A stretch of 38,267 nucleotides of DNA from a virus: the IMG/VR virus record IMGVR_UViG_3300025896_000012, positions 1 through 38,267 of that record, one strand, 5' to 3'. Numbering within the stretch: the first letter of the stretch is position 1; every line of letters starts with the position of its first letter. Below, piece after piece: positions 8,025-17,165 of the stretch. The translations under genes and the position numbers were made by a program. Under the pieces are notes generated by a model, which was not told where the DNA came from, did no database searches, and was given only the letters and a program-made list of their open reading frames with translations.

Positions 8025-9978
8025 ACCAATACCACCAATGGGCAGCCGAGAGGCTACTGTTGAATATAACGATTACTCTGATGGTATGGATTCTTTTGTT
8101 AGTAATGACAAATTCCCTTTAAAAAGCGAGGGGGCTAATAAGTGGCGTGTGGCGCAAGATGCTCGTATTATCACTCTAGGAGAATATGACACCAGAAAAG
8201 GCTTTGACTACCACTCTGAAGCTATGGGGTCAACTCAAGATCAAGCTATAACGTCAACTACAGGAGCTGCAGATAAATCATTTAATACCGTAACCAGACT
8301 AGCGCAGATATTCACAGCGAGTGCTTCGGGCAGAATAAATAAACTAGAAATACGATTAAAAAACGATGCAAGTGCAACAGGTACTATCAGGGTCGAGTTG
8401 TGGACAAACGCAAGCGGCAACCCTGGAACAATCATTGATTCAAGTACGATAGCTGGATCTGACCTTACTTCGTCTTACGCTTATTACACGGCAAGATTTG
8501 TTGGCGCACCTATAGTGACAGCAGCAACTTCATACTGGGTTATTGTATATGTACAATTGACAGGTTCGGGTGATTACAAATGTTCATCAACTACCTCTGC
8601 GACTACAGCATTAGTATCTACAGACAGTGGTGCAACATGGGCTACGACTTCATATGCACTTAATTTTAAACAACACTATGCAACTATAGGGGGTGTTAAG
8701 GGTATTTTTAGGGCATATAAAAGTGATGGTACAAAAGTTACTTTAATGGCTCACGGCACAACATTGTCAAAAGTAGATGAGGTTACCGGCGCACTTACTA
8801 CTATTAAATCAGGGCTAAGTTCTAACGCAACACATTATAGGTTTGTGCTAGTAAATGACATCGTATATTACGTCAATGGATTTGATGGCTATAGGAAATG
8901 GAATTTTACTACTGAATCTCAAGTAAACGCTACAAATTACACGCATATTTGTGTACACAAGGGCCTTATGTTCTTAGTTGAAAGCCTTGATCCTAACAAA
9001 GTAGTGTTTTCAAACTTTGCTGAATATGAGACATTTACATCTACTGACTTTATTTATGTCCCATCACCAAAAACAGGCGATCCTACAAGCGCACTTGTGC
9101 CTCTTAATGGGTTGCTTTTGCTATTCACACTAAACAATAAGTTTATTCTATCTGGCGATGACAACGCTACGTTCTCACTTGATGAAGCACCAGACCAAAA
9201 AGGTACTTATACTCAAGAAACTACAACTGTTGATAAGAACTTTGTCTACTATGTTTCCAATGATGGTATATACAGATCAAATGGATCAGAAGCGCAACTT
9301 ATAAGTAAGAACAATTACAGTGAGATACTTGCAATGCGCACAAAGGCTACAAGTGTACTCTGTGTCAGTAAGGGCCGGTTGTATTACTGGTACGCTCGCC
9401 CTAGCATTGCTTACAATGATCGCTGTTTTGTATATAACTTAAACTATGGAACAGATGTCATTGAAAGCTACGATACAAACGCTTATGTGGCTAGAGCTGT
9501 AAATGCTTTCGGTGATGACAACCACATACTTGCAGGAAGTTCAGTAGTTGGCCAAATAATGTGGCAAGAACTAGAATCGAACGATTACCACAACTTAGGT
9601 GGTGATATTAACTACCTATTACAGTCGCATTATATGACTGCCGGTAGCCCATCTGTTCTAAAAGAGTTTAGGTATTGGCAACCACGATTCGGCGCACAAT
9701 CAGGAAATTACAGTATAAACTGTGAGTATGCTACTGATTTGCGTGACAACTGGCAACTTTATAAATCAGAGAATGTACAGGGTTCTGGGCCTATCTACGG
9801 GTCGGGGATCACTTACGGATCAGGACAGATATACGGCACAGAAGCAGAGCTGCAGTCATACTTATACGTGCCTGGAGAATATCGCCGAATAGCTATTAGA
9901 TATAAACACTTTGCTGCCCGCCAACCCCAATCATTCTTAGGTCATACCTTTAAGATACAATCTAGGAGAATGCGATAA
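7999..9978 (+). CDS. Large virion structural protein, possibly tail tube/nozzle
   Basis: 659 aa. GTG start preceded by GAGGA; an in-frame ATG lies at 8038. Beta-rich repetitive sequence (YYVNGFDGYRKW, YYVSNDGIYRSNG). Assigned by position after the putative adaptor. Confidence 0.45.
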   Translation: MPWAKRVTRPIPPMGSREATVEYNDYSDGMDSFVSNDKFPLKSEGANKWRVAQDARIITLGEYDTRKGFDYHSEAMGSTQDQAITSTTGAADKSFNTVTRLAQIFTASASGRINKLEIRLKNDASATGTIRVELWTNASGNPGTIIDSSTIAGSDLTSSYAYYTARFVGAPIVTAATSYWVIVYVQLTGSGDYKCSSTTSATTALVSTDSGATWATTSYALNFKQHYATIGGVKGIFRAYKSDGTKVTLMAHGTTLSKVDEVTGALTTIKSGLSSNATHYRFVLVNDIVYYVNGFDGYRKWNFTTESQVNATNYTHICVHKGLMFLVESLDPNKVVFSNFAEYETFTSTDFIYVPSPKTGDPTSALVPLNGLLLLFTLNNKFILSGDDNATFSLDEAPDQKGTYTQETTTVDKNFVYYVSNDGIYRSNGSEAQLISKNNYSEILAMRTKATSVLCVSKGRLYYWYARPSIAYNDRCFVYNLNYGTDVIESYDTNAYVARAVNAFGDDNHILAGSSVVGQIMWQELESNDYHNLGGDINYLLQSHYMTAGSPSVLKEFRYWQPRFGAQSGNYSINCEYATDLRDNWQLYKSENVQGSGPIYGSGITYGSGQIYGTEAELQSYLYVPGEYRRIAIRYKHFAARQPQSFLGHTFKIQSRRMR

Positions 9979-10256
9979 TGGCACTTCGACCTATTAGTTC
10001 AGAGAACAGCTATAAGCAGAACTGGAATGAAGTTAACAACATGGTTCGCCAGCTTAATAAGGAGCAGGTGACTAAAACTTACAAGCAAGCTGGTGGCAAC
10101 GCTATTCTTGAGGGTAAATTGCCTTATGAGGGTGGGTATGGCTCACTGTATTACGACCAGAATCAAGTACCTCGTATTCTTATCGGTATCGATCCTGACG
10201 GTGAAATTAACTTAGTTGTTAGTAAACCAGACGTTGATGTATTAAGCTTATTCTAG
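9978..10256 (+). CDS. Hypothetical virion-module protein (92 aa)
   Basis: TAATG overlap with the upstream gene. Lies within the structural operon. Confidence 0.55.
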   Translation: MALRPISSENSYKQNWNEVNNMVRQLNKEQVTKTYKQAGGNAILEGKLPYEGGYGSLYYDQNQVPRILIGIDPDGEINLVVSKPDVDVLSLF

Positions 10257-10257
10257 T

Positions 10258-10971
10258 ATGTCTTTACTTACAAACGCCAATAATGTAGCTTTCAGCTCTA
10301 GATTTGGGGTAGATAAAGTTATTTTTAGACCCCCGCCTGGATCTATATCTGTGCCACAAGCAGCCTCATCTGTAGATGTAGTCGTTGTAACGATCCCTCA
10401 TAACTTAGGGTATACACCATTATGTTTAGGGCAGTTCTCAGATAATAATTTCTCTACATCTTATGAAGTCGGTAACCCACCTTATTTTTACAATGCGTTA
10501 TTTGCAGGGTATGGCCCACAGTTTAACTGTTCAATTGAAGCTGATAATACAAATGTTTATGTGACATTTATCAACTGGGACACTACAAGGACACTCTACT
10601 ATCGGTTAGTTGGACTGATACCATCTGACATAACTAGCTCACCAAAGATGGTCAATGCTGATAGAAATAACTTTTTATTTAATGCTAACGATAACTACAT
10701 GAAACTTTATTTAGAAGATAAACTTGATGTAGTAACAAGCGGTACGGGGATTGATACATACACAATTGTCCATGGGTTAGGCTACAGACCAAGTATAAAA
10801 CTTTGGTCGGTATGGGGGGGCGTATCTCGTATCGCTGGAACAGAGGGACAACTAGGGGCAAGCGGTATATTTACGCTTACATCTGTAGATTCACAAAATA
10901 TGTATATATATGTTGATACATTCTCACCAGAAACAATATCATATTATTATAGGGTGTATTTGGATAACTAA
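10258..10971 (+). CDS. Hypothetical virion-module protein (237 aa)
   Basis: Tightly packed ORF in the structural operon; beta-rich composition. Confidence 0.55.
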   Translation: MSLLTNANNVAFSSRFGVDKVIFRPPPGSISVPQAASSVDVVVVTIPHNLGYTPLCLGQFSDNNFSTSYEVGNPPYFYNALFAGYGPQFNCSIEADNTNVYVTFINWDTTRTLYYRLVGLIPSDITSSPKMVNADRNNFLFNANDNYMKLYLEDKLDVVTSGTGIDTYTIVHGLGYRPSIKLWSVWGGVSRIAGTEGQLGASGIFTLTSVDSQNMYIYVDTFSPETISYYYRVYLDN

Positions 10972-11388
10972 ATGGCTACGACTTTTAACCCCCAACAAAC
11001 AATAATTATGGCGAATGCTCATGATACTTTAAAGAATGACGATTATGAGACAGGCACAGTAACTATACCTGGTAGTGTGGCAGTCGCAGCAGCTAGCATT
11101 GCTTTATATACACAAGACATAGTAGTTGGTGCAAGCGGTTCACTTGCCGATATACGGGTGCAGACAAGCCGTGATATTACACAAGATTACTGGGCTGTCA
11201 CCACACAGACTTTTCAACGTTCTGGAAGTTTAGGAGCATATTCAGTATTTTTTGGAGCATATCATATTAACGCAACAACTATGAGAATGCAAGCGTTTGC
11301 ATCTAATCCGTATGGCTCACCAATGACAGGGCAAGCAGGAGATGAAACATTTACTTTTAAAATTAGGACTTACAAAGCACCATTCTGA
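10972..11388 (+). CDS. Hypothetical virion-module protein (138 aa)
   Basis: The start abuts the upstream stop (TAAATG). Confidence 0.55.
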   Translation: MATTFNPQQTIIMANAHDTLKNDDYETGTVTIPGSVAVAAASIALYTQDIVVGASGSLADIRVQTSRDITQDYWAVTTQTFQRSGSLGAYSVFFGAYHINATTMRMQAFASNPYGSPMTGQAGDETFTFKIRTYKAPF

Positions 11389-11390
11389 TG

Positions 11391-11399
11391 TGGTATAAT
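11391..11399 (+). promoter_or_regulatory. Extended -10 element TGgTATAAT followed by the AGGCGGG leader motif
   Basis: gaTGTGGTATAATgcgcttaacAGGCGGGTCGGGaaaaactaATG. The 12-mer atgtggtataat is identical to that at 32358..32369. Confidence 0.4.
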
Positions 11400-11428
11400 G
11401 CGCTTAACAGGCGGGTCGGGAAAAACTA

Positions 11429-12148
11429 ATGCAACCACGCAGCTTAGACCAGATTATGTCCGAACTTTCTTCGACATATGACCCACAAATTCAACAAGTT
11501 GAAGCTCGTAAAGCACTTATACCTGGGCAAATCCAGGCAGAAGAACAGGGATTAGGCGCTAAACAGGAACAAGCATTTGGTGATATCCTTGGTGGCGCTC
11601 GTCGCAGAGGCTTAGGTTTTTCTGGTATTCCACTAGGAGAGCAAGCTAAATACACCGCAACTGAATACTTGCCAGCATTAGCACGACTTAGGCAGTCTGG
11701 CCGTGAACAAGAGATGTCCCTACAAGATGCTATTTTAGGTATTAACGAAAGACGTGATACTCTTGCTCAACAGCTTAGACAACAAGAACTACAACAAGCG
11801 GAACAAGCCCGCCAATTTAACGAAAATCTTAATCTGCAGAGACAACAATTTGAAGAAAGTAAACGCCAAGCCGCACGATCCGCTGCTGGCGGGTTCAGCC
11901 CATCATTTGGTGCAGCTGGTGGAGCGCAACCATCTACTGCACAAGTTACTCCACAACAGCAAAAAGTATATAATCAAGCTCGTAGCTTATCTGAAAACAT
12001 TGGTAAAACAGCATGGGCTACTAGTGAACTTGATGCAATTCTTAAAAGTGCTGAACGTGGCAATGCAAACGATAAGTTAGCTCTACAATTGTTCTATCAA
12101 TTTAGAGGACAGAACCCACCAGCTAGAGCAGCAAAGGCCATGGCATGA
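11429..12148 (+). CDS. Gln-rich coiled-coil virion protein (possible internal/ejection protein)
   Basis: 239 aa with the QQLRQQELQQAEQARQFNENLNLQRQQFEE segment. Precedes the Gly-rich 602-aa protein. Confidence 0.5.
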   Translation: MQPRSLDQIMSELSSTYDPQIQQVEARKALIPGQIQAEEQGLGAKQEQAFGDILGGARRRGLGFSGIPLGEQAKYTATEYLPALARLRQSGREQEMSLQDAILGINERRDTLAQQLRQQELQQAEQARQFNENLNLQRQQFEESKRQAARSAAGGFSPSFGAAGGAQPSTAQVTPQQQKVYNQARSLSENIGKTAWATSELDAILKSAERGNANDKLALQLFYQFRGQNPPARAAKAMA

Positions 12149-13953
12149 GTCCAGAACAACTAGCATTACTTGAACAAGGCTATCAACAACAGCAATCTAC
12201 TAGGCAAGCTTCTACTCCAGCCCCTAAAAAGAAGCGTAATTTTTGGGTAGATCAAATCTCAACCGCTACAGGAACAATCGGCGGTATAGCTGGTGGTATC
12301 TTAGGTGCAGCTGGCGGAGCTGGTATTGGCGCAGTACCAGGCGCAGCAATTGGTGGTGCAGCTGGTGGTGGTATCGGTGAAGCAATTGAAAATCTTATTG
12401 ATCCTCAAGGCGGTAACTGGGGCAACGTAGCAAAAGAAGCTGCAGTAAGTGGTTTGTTTGCTGGTGGCCCTCTAAATCTAGGTAAAGCAGGACTTAGAGT
12501 AGGCGCTAAAGTTCTTGGTAGAGAAGCTGCAGAGGCTGGAGCTAAAGCTGCTACAAGAACTGTTGCTGAACGAACTTCGCAAAGTCTACTAGGCAAAGCT
12601 TGGGGAATCCGAACTGGAGCTAAAGCTGGTGCAGAAGAACTGACCCCTCAAGCTGCATCTAAGTTACAAAGCTTTGTGCTTAAAGAAGTTGGCGTGCCTA
12701 AAACAGCATCAGCAGATGTTGTAGCTGAACGACTGGTAAACTTTAAAGATCTAGCTGGTAAAAACATTGACGATATTATTAAGGTATCTGACCGAGCAAT
12801 AACCCCCCAAGAAGCTGCTAAATTATCTCAAGGATTTACTACTAAGATAAGCAAAATAGCTGGACTTGACCCAACGAACCCTACAACTCAAACCCTACTT
12901 AATCAAGCAGGAGAAGCTAAAACATTAGGTGATCTTATAGGGTTCAGACGCAATCTTGATGAAGCAATAAACTTTTCACGTAAATCAGCAACACCTGATC
13001 CTGTAACTGAACGAGTAGCACGAGCAATTAGAGGCGAAATTGACGCAACTACATCTAAACTTATCCCCGGACTTAAAAACGCTAACACACAGTACTCACG
13101 TGCAGCACAGGCGCTTGACTTTGTACTCCCAGCAGCCAAATCTCCTCAAGGTATTAAACTACCTGGTTTCTTAGGAAGTGTTGGCGGTGAGGCTGCACAA
13201 TCTGGTAGAGCTGCAGCAGGAAGAATAGCTGGCGCTGTGCCAACATTAGGCAAAACAGCTGGCAAAGTAGCGCAATCAGGGTTTACTGCTAAAAACGCAT
13301 TAGGAGTAGGCGTAAGACAGGCTGGCCGACAATTGTTCAATGGCCAAGCACCTGAAGAACAGATGACACCAGAACAAAGTCTTGAAGAAGCTTTAATGGC
13401 GCAAGGTGATGTAGCTGCACCGCAAGATCAACCACCTGAAATTTACCCACTGGAAAATCTGCGAGCAGATATACAGCGTGATCCTAAAAACGCTCAAGAG
13501 TACCTTAAATACTACGCTTCATTACAAGAAGTCTTTGGCCCTGTAGAACAAAAACCAATGGGCGCAGAAGCTCAAAAACGGGCGCTTACATCACAATCTG
13601 GACTTCGTTCTATCCAAACATTAGAAGATACACTAGCTCGTGATCCTGGGGCTTTCCAACGCCAAGCACTACCGAACCCACTTGGTATTACAGGTAGACT
13701 TACAGGCACTACAGATGTTCGAGCCGCAACAGATAACGTAGTAGATGTACTTGGTCGTCTACGTTCAGGTGCAGCTATTACTGATGCTGAAGCTAAACGA
13801 TTTGCCCGCTTACTACCACAGCCAGGGGATAATCCACAATCTGCTGCCAGAAAAATAGCTAATGTACGAGCTGAACTTGAAAGCTTTATGACACCTGTTT
13901 CTACAGGTGGATTAGAAGATATGTTAATGCAATACCAAGGAGGGGCATACTAA
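12145..13953 (+). CDS. Gly/Ala-rich internal virion (ejection or tape-measure-like) protein
   Basis: 602 aa. The N-terminal glycine-zipper stretch is GTIGGIAGGILGAAGGAGIGAVPGAAIGGAAGGGIGEA, followed by a long A/K/Q-rich helical sequence. ATGA overlap with the upstream gene. Confidence 0.5.
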   Translation: MSPEQLALLEQGYQQQQSTRQASTPAPKKKRNFWVDQISTATGTIGGIAGGILGAAGGAGIGAVPGAAIGGAAGGGIGEAIENLIDPQGGNWGNVAKEAAVSGLFAGGPLNLGKAGLRVGAKVLGREAAEAGAKAATRTVAERTSQSLLGKAWGIRTGAKAGAEELTPQAASKLQSFVLKEVGVPKTASADVVAERLVNFKDLAGKNIDDIIKVSDRAITPQEAAKLSQGFTTKISKIAGLDPTNPTTQTLLNQAGEAKTLGDLIGFRRNLDEAINFSRKSATPDPVTERVARAIRGEIDATTSKLIPGLKNANTQYSRAAQALDFVLPAAKSPQGIKLPGFLGSVGGEAAQSGRAAAGRIAGAVPTLGKTAGKVAQSGFTAKNALGVGVRQAGRQLFNGQAPEEQMTPEQSLEEALMAQGDVAAPQDQPPEIYPLENLRADIQRDPKNAQEYLKYYASLQEVFGPVEQKPMGAEAQKRALTSQSGLRSIQTLEDTLARDPGAFQRQALPNPLGITGRLTGTTDVRAATDNVVDVLGRLRSGAAITDAEAKRFARLLPQPGDNPQSAARKIANVRAELESFMTPVSTGGLEDMLMQYQGGAY

Positions 13954-14357
13954 TGTACACTTGTAAAAAAGGTCATTCCGGACAACCCTACATCACAAAC
14001 CGTGGTGAAAACCAATGTAGGGCCTGTAGATCAGAGTCAGTATGCAGATGGCAAACTAGAAACAAAGAAAAGTTATCTGAAATTAGACGCTTCGGAGGAA
14101 ATAGAGAAAATGCAATAATCAGAGACGGCGAAAAATGTGTCAAATGCAATATGTCAAGGGAAGCCCATAGATTGAAATACGGTAGAGATATCACGGTAGA
14201 CCATATTGATGGTAATGGCAGAAAAATGCTTGCTAAAGACCAAAATAATTCTATGGAAAACTTACAAACACTTTGTTTACCTTGCCACGGGTCTAAAGAT
14301 GTTGCTAGGCGCAAAGTACATAGTAATAAGTGGCTGAAACTTAAGGAGGTTTTCTAA
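13953..14357 (+). CDS. HNH endonuclease
   Basis: DHIDGNGRK...NSMENLQTLCLPCHGSKD matches the H-N-H pattern with a CxxC pair; an N-terminal CRAC...C cluster is also present. TAATG overlaps on both sides. Confidence 0.75.
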   Translation: MYTCKKGHSGQPYITNRGENQCRACRSESVCRWQTRNKEKLSEIRRFGGNRENAIIRDGEKCVKCNMSREAHRLKYGRDITVDHIDGNGRKMLAKDQNNSMENLQTLCLPCHGSKDVARRKVHSNKWLKLKEVF

Positions 14358-14962
14358 TGGGTACTATAGCAGTCTCACTACCGTCAGACGGCGAAACTAT
14401 TGATGTAGCCGATTATAATACACCGGTTACTACAATAGTTACTGAAATAAACGGTAACTTAGACAACGCAAACATTAAAACTGGTGCTGCTATTGCTACG
14501 TCAAAATTAGCAGATGATGCCGGTATAACCACAGCGAAAATAGCCGACTCCAACGTAACGACAGCTAAACTAGCAGATTCAGCAGTAACAGGAGCTAAAA
14601 TATCCACATATAAAGTAGAATTGCAGTCAGTTACAACTAACACTACAGAAAACAGCTTAAAAATACAAACAGGTTGGAACTTTGTTACTGGTGCTGGTGG
14701 AAACACAGTAGAAAAAACTATTACTTTTCCTGTAGGATTTACTGCTATTAAGACCGTAAACCTCGGTGCTTTGGGTATATTAAACGGTTCAGACCCAACT
14801 GCAATTACACAATTTAATGCAGGGTTCGGTGGAAATATATTAATGTTTCACGCATATAATATCACTAACACCGCTATGGTAGTAAGAGCCACTCTAGATA
14901 GTAGTGCTGTTCTTGCAAGCGGTTTACGAGTTGGCTTTACATGGATAGCATACGGAACTTAA
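14357..14962 (+). CDS. Tail fibre-like protein
   Basis: The N-terminal repeats TSKLADDAGITTAKIADSNVTTAKLADSAVTGAKIS are typical of phage tail fibre N-termini. Confidence 0.6.
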   Translation: MGTIAVSLPSDGETIDVADYNTPVTTIVTEINGNLDNANIKTGAAIATSKLADDAGITTAKIADSNVTTAKLADSAVTGAKISTYKVELQSVTTNTTENSLKIQTGWNFVTGAGGNTVEKTITFPVGFTAIKTVNLGALGILNGSDPTAITQFNAGFGGNILMFHAYNITNTAMVVRATLDSSAVLASGLRVGFTWIAYGT

Positions 14963-14971
14963 GGAGATTAT

Positions 14972-15340
14972 ATGGCATATTACACAGCAACATATTCATT
15001 CGGTTCAACAGGACTTAAAACACTCATACTTGACTTGGGTGGTGCAACGCCTAAAGGTCTACGCATCACAATGGGGCCACGCAACAACACCACAGAAAGC
15101 GTACAGCTTTTATCAGTCGGTATGACAGATGGCACAAACACTCACTGTATTGCTACTTGCCCTAGCTTTTCTAAAAAATGGCCGTATACCAGTCAACCTA
15201 ACTACCTTATAGCTCACCACAGTGCATCAGGCACAAAGGTATTTTCTGCTACTTTTGACTCATGGAGTGCTGATGAAGCAGTAATTAATGTCGATACGGC
15301 TAATGCGAACTACCCATTACTCGTAGAGGCATGGAGCTAA
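14972..15340 (+). CDS. Hypothetical virion-module protein (122 aa)
   Basis: AAGGAG lies 5 nt upstream of the ATG. Follows the tail fibre gene. Confidence 0.55.
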   Translation: MAYYTATYSFGSTGLKTLILDLGGATPKGLRITMGPRNNTTESVQLLSVGMTDGTNTHCIATCPSFSKKWPYTSQPNYLIAHHSASGTKVFSATFDSWSADEAVINVDTANANYPLLVEAWS

Positions 15341-15351
15341 GGGATATATGA

Positions 15352-15621
15352 ATGCCAGATTCAGAAGTGCAAGACATCAAAAGAACACTCAGGAGCATAC
15401 AGACAGAGCTTAAAGAGAACAGCAACCTCACACGTCAAACATTTGATGCTGTAAGTGACAGAGTTAGTAAGCTAGAAGTAGCCGAAGCCAAAAGGCAAGG
15501 GAGAGAAAGCGTGTCAAAGCCAGAACAAGTCAATTGGACAAAGATAATTCTCGCAATTATAGGGGTGGCAAGTGCAGCAATATCCCTTGCACTACTACTA
15601 GCACAGAGGCTACTGACATGA
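15352..15621 (+). CDS. Membrane protein with C-terminal transmembrane helix (89 aa)
   Basis: Coiled-coil N-terminus, then WTKIILAIIGVASAAISLALLLA. ATGA overlap with the next gene. Lies next to the lysis genes. Confidence 0.55.
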   Translation: MPDSEVQDIKRTLRSIQTELKENSNLTRQTFDAVSDRVSKLEVAEAKRQGRESVSKPEQVNWTKIILAIIGVASAAISLALLLAQRLLT

Positions 15622-16208
15622 TTCACCATAAAGTAAAGCTCTGGTCATTGAGAAACCGTAATAATATTCTCACTATAGTTATATCTACGTCACTTTTAAC
15701 AGTTCTCATACTCCAAGGTATTTTACTTTCAGCTATCTATGCACAAGCTCGTTCTAATCAGGAAATACTTAGAGGCTTATCTTGCATACTACTTATTTAT
15801 CCACAGGATAGAACAGAAGAAAATGTTACTGCTTGTGTAAAAAGTAACAAGAATGAATCTCATGACTTCTTCTTTACCGCCCCTGACAAATCATTGGAGA
15901 AAAAGCTAGAAGAAGCTAAATCTGATGTCATCATCGCTACCCTAAAGGGAGAAAAAGGTGACAAAGGGGATTCTGGCAAGAATGGCACAGATGGCAAAGA
16001 CGGTACTAACTCGACTTCAACTAAAGAAACAATCGTAAAAGAAGTACCGCTTAAAGGTGAACAAGGCGAAGCTGGAGCTGCTGGTAGAGAAACAGAATTT
16101 AGATATAACGAAACTAAACAGCGCATAGAATGGCGATACATAGGAGATAGTGGCTGGCAAATATTAGTCAAGAAGTGCACCCTCCTTGCTGACTGTGTTG
16201 CACCATAA
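15618..16208 (+). CDS. Membrane-anchored collagen-like repeat protein
   Basis: ATG 15618 overlaps the upstream stop (ATGA). TM segment ILTIVISTSLLTVLILQGILLSAIY. G-X-Y runs GEKGDKGDSGKNGTDGKDGTN and GEQGEAGAAGRE. The track start at 15534 lies inside the upstream gene. Confidence 0.55.
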   Translation: MIHHKVKLWSLRNRNNILTIVISTSLLTVLILQGILLSAIYAQARSNQEILRGLSCILLIYPQDRTEENVTACVKSNKNESHDFFFTAPDKSLEKKLEEAKSDVIIATLKGEKGDKGDSGKNGTDGKDGTNSTSTKETIVKEVPLKGEQGEAGAAGRETEFRYNETKQRIEWRYIGDSGWQILVKKCTLLADCVAP

Positions 16209-16222
16209 GGTATAATGGTACT

Positions 16223-16969
16223 ATGACACTTGACCAATTCAGAAGTGAATCTTTAAAACAAATAACTGTAAGTAAATTCGGTGGTCAAAATAAATGGAAA
16301 GACGGCGGTTATCTAGGGGAGTGCGTGAGCCTTATTAACCAATATTGTTGGAGAGTATTAAACGTTCCTGCTGGCCCATGGGGTCACGCCTATGCTTGGG
16401 CCAACCGTTTCAACCCAAACAGAATGTATTTCACAGAAGTATCAACCGCACAGGCTGGTGATATCGGTGTTTCTGATGGCCCTACAAAAGACGGTCATAT
16501 TTGGATATACCTTGACCGAACAACTATACTAGAACAGAACGGTAAAAAGGCTCGCAGAGTAACCGTCAACCCAACTTATTTGAAAACCACAGCCATATTA
16601 AGACCTATAAAGAAGCAAGGAGGTGAAATGCCAATCACAAAAGAACAAGAAAACGCCTGTGCAGTCATGGCTACAGGTACATACCCCGGCAAGAACTACA
16701 ACTATAAGTTCACAGGCACAACAGACATAGATGGTATGCTCACGTTCTGGCTATCCCAAATGCCACGAATCACCAAAGAAATGGAGAAGCAAGAAGCTGA
16801 CGGCTCTACTGGCATACCCAACGTAATCGGCAGTGGGTATAACTCACAGTTTGTCGGCAAACCCGTCGTCAACACATACCCAGCTATGGCTAATTTTTGG
16901 AACGCACAACCAAAAGCCACTAGCGGTAGTTTTGAAGCAGTAAAAGAAACTTTATATAGAAAGAAGTAA
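16223..16969 (+). CDS. Endolysin, N-terminal CHAP peptidase plus duplicated C-terminal module
   Basis: The CHAP Cys context is GYLGECVSLINQYCW and the His context is KDGHIWIY. The C-terminal half has two similar units (GKNYNYKFTG..MLTFW and GSGYNSQFVG..MANFW). Confidence 0.7.
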   Translation: MTLDQFRSESLKQITVSKFGGQNKWKDGGYLGECVSLINQYCWRVLNVPAGPWGHAYAWANRFNPNRMYFTEVSTAQAGDIGVSDGPTKDGHIWIYLDRTTILEQNGKKARRVTVNPTYLKTTAILRPIKKQGGEMPITKEQENACAVMATGTYPGKNYNYKFTGTTDIDGMLTFWLSQMPRITKEMEKQEADGSTGIPNVIGSGYNSQFVGKPVVNTYPAMANFWNAQPKATSGSFEAVKETLYRKK

Positions 16970-16970
16970 C

Positions 16971-17165
16971 ATGAACAACACAACATTTAACGTATTAGCA
17001 GTAAGAGCATTAAAAACATTTATACAAGCATCACTAGCTACTGTAGCTCTAGGCATTGTTACAGTCGTAGACGTGCCAACAACCAAAGCACTAATAGCTG
17101 GCGCAATTGCAGCAGGTATTAGTGCAGTGATGAACCTGTTTATCCAACCGACTGAGGCAAAATAA
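16971..17165 (+). CDS. Holin (64 aa, two hydrophobic helices)
   Basis: Two helices, ALKTFIQASLATVALGIVTVV and ALIAGAIAAGISAVMNLFI, and a charged C-terminus. Lies immediately after the endolysin. Confidence 0.65.
   Translation: MNNTTFNVLAVRALKTFIQASLATVALGIVTVVDVPTTKALIAGAIAAGISAVMNLFIQPTEAK

Noticed and set aside
11754-12080. 108-aa plus-strand ORF in an alternative frame inside the Gln-rich gene. Similar nested plus-strand ORFs lie at 5071..5337, 30777..30965, 32744..32932, 32993..33205, 33554..33742 and 37762..37971.
   Set aside because: They are fully contained in longer ORFs with recognisable products or operon coupling, lack SDs, and have low-complexity shadow composition.
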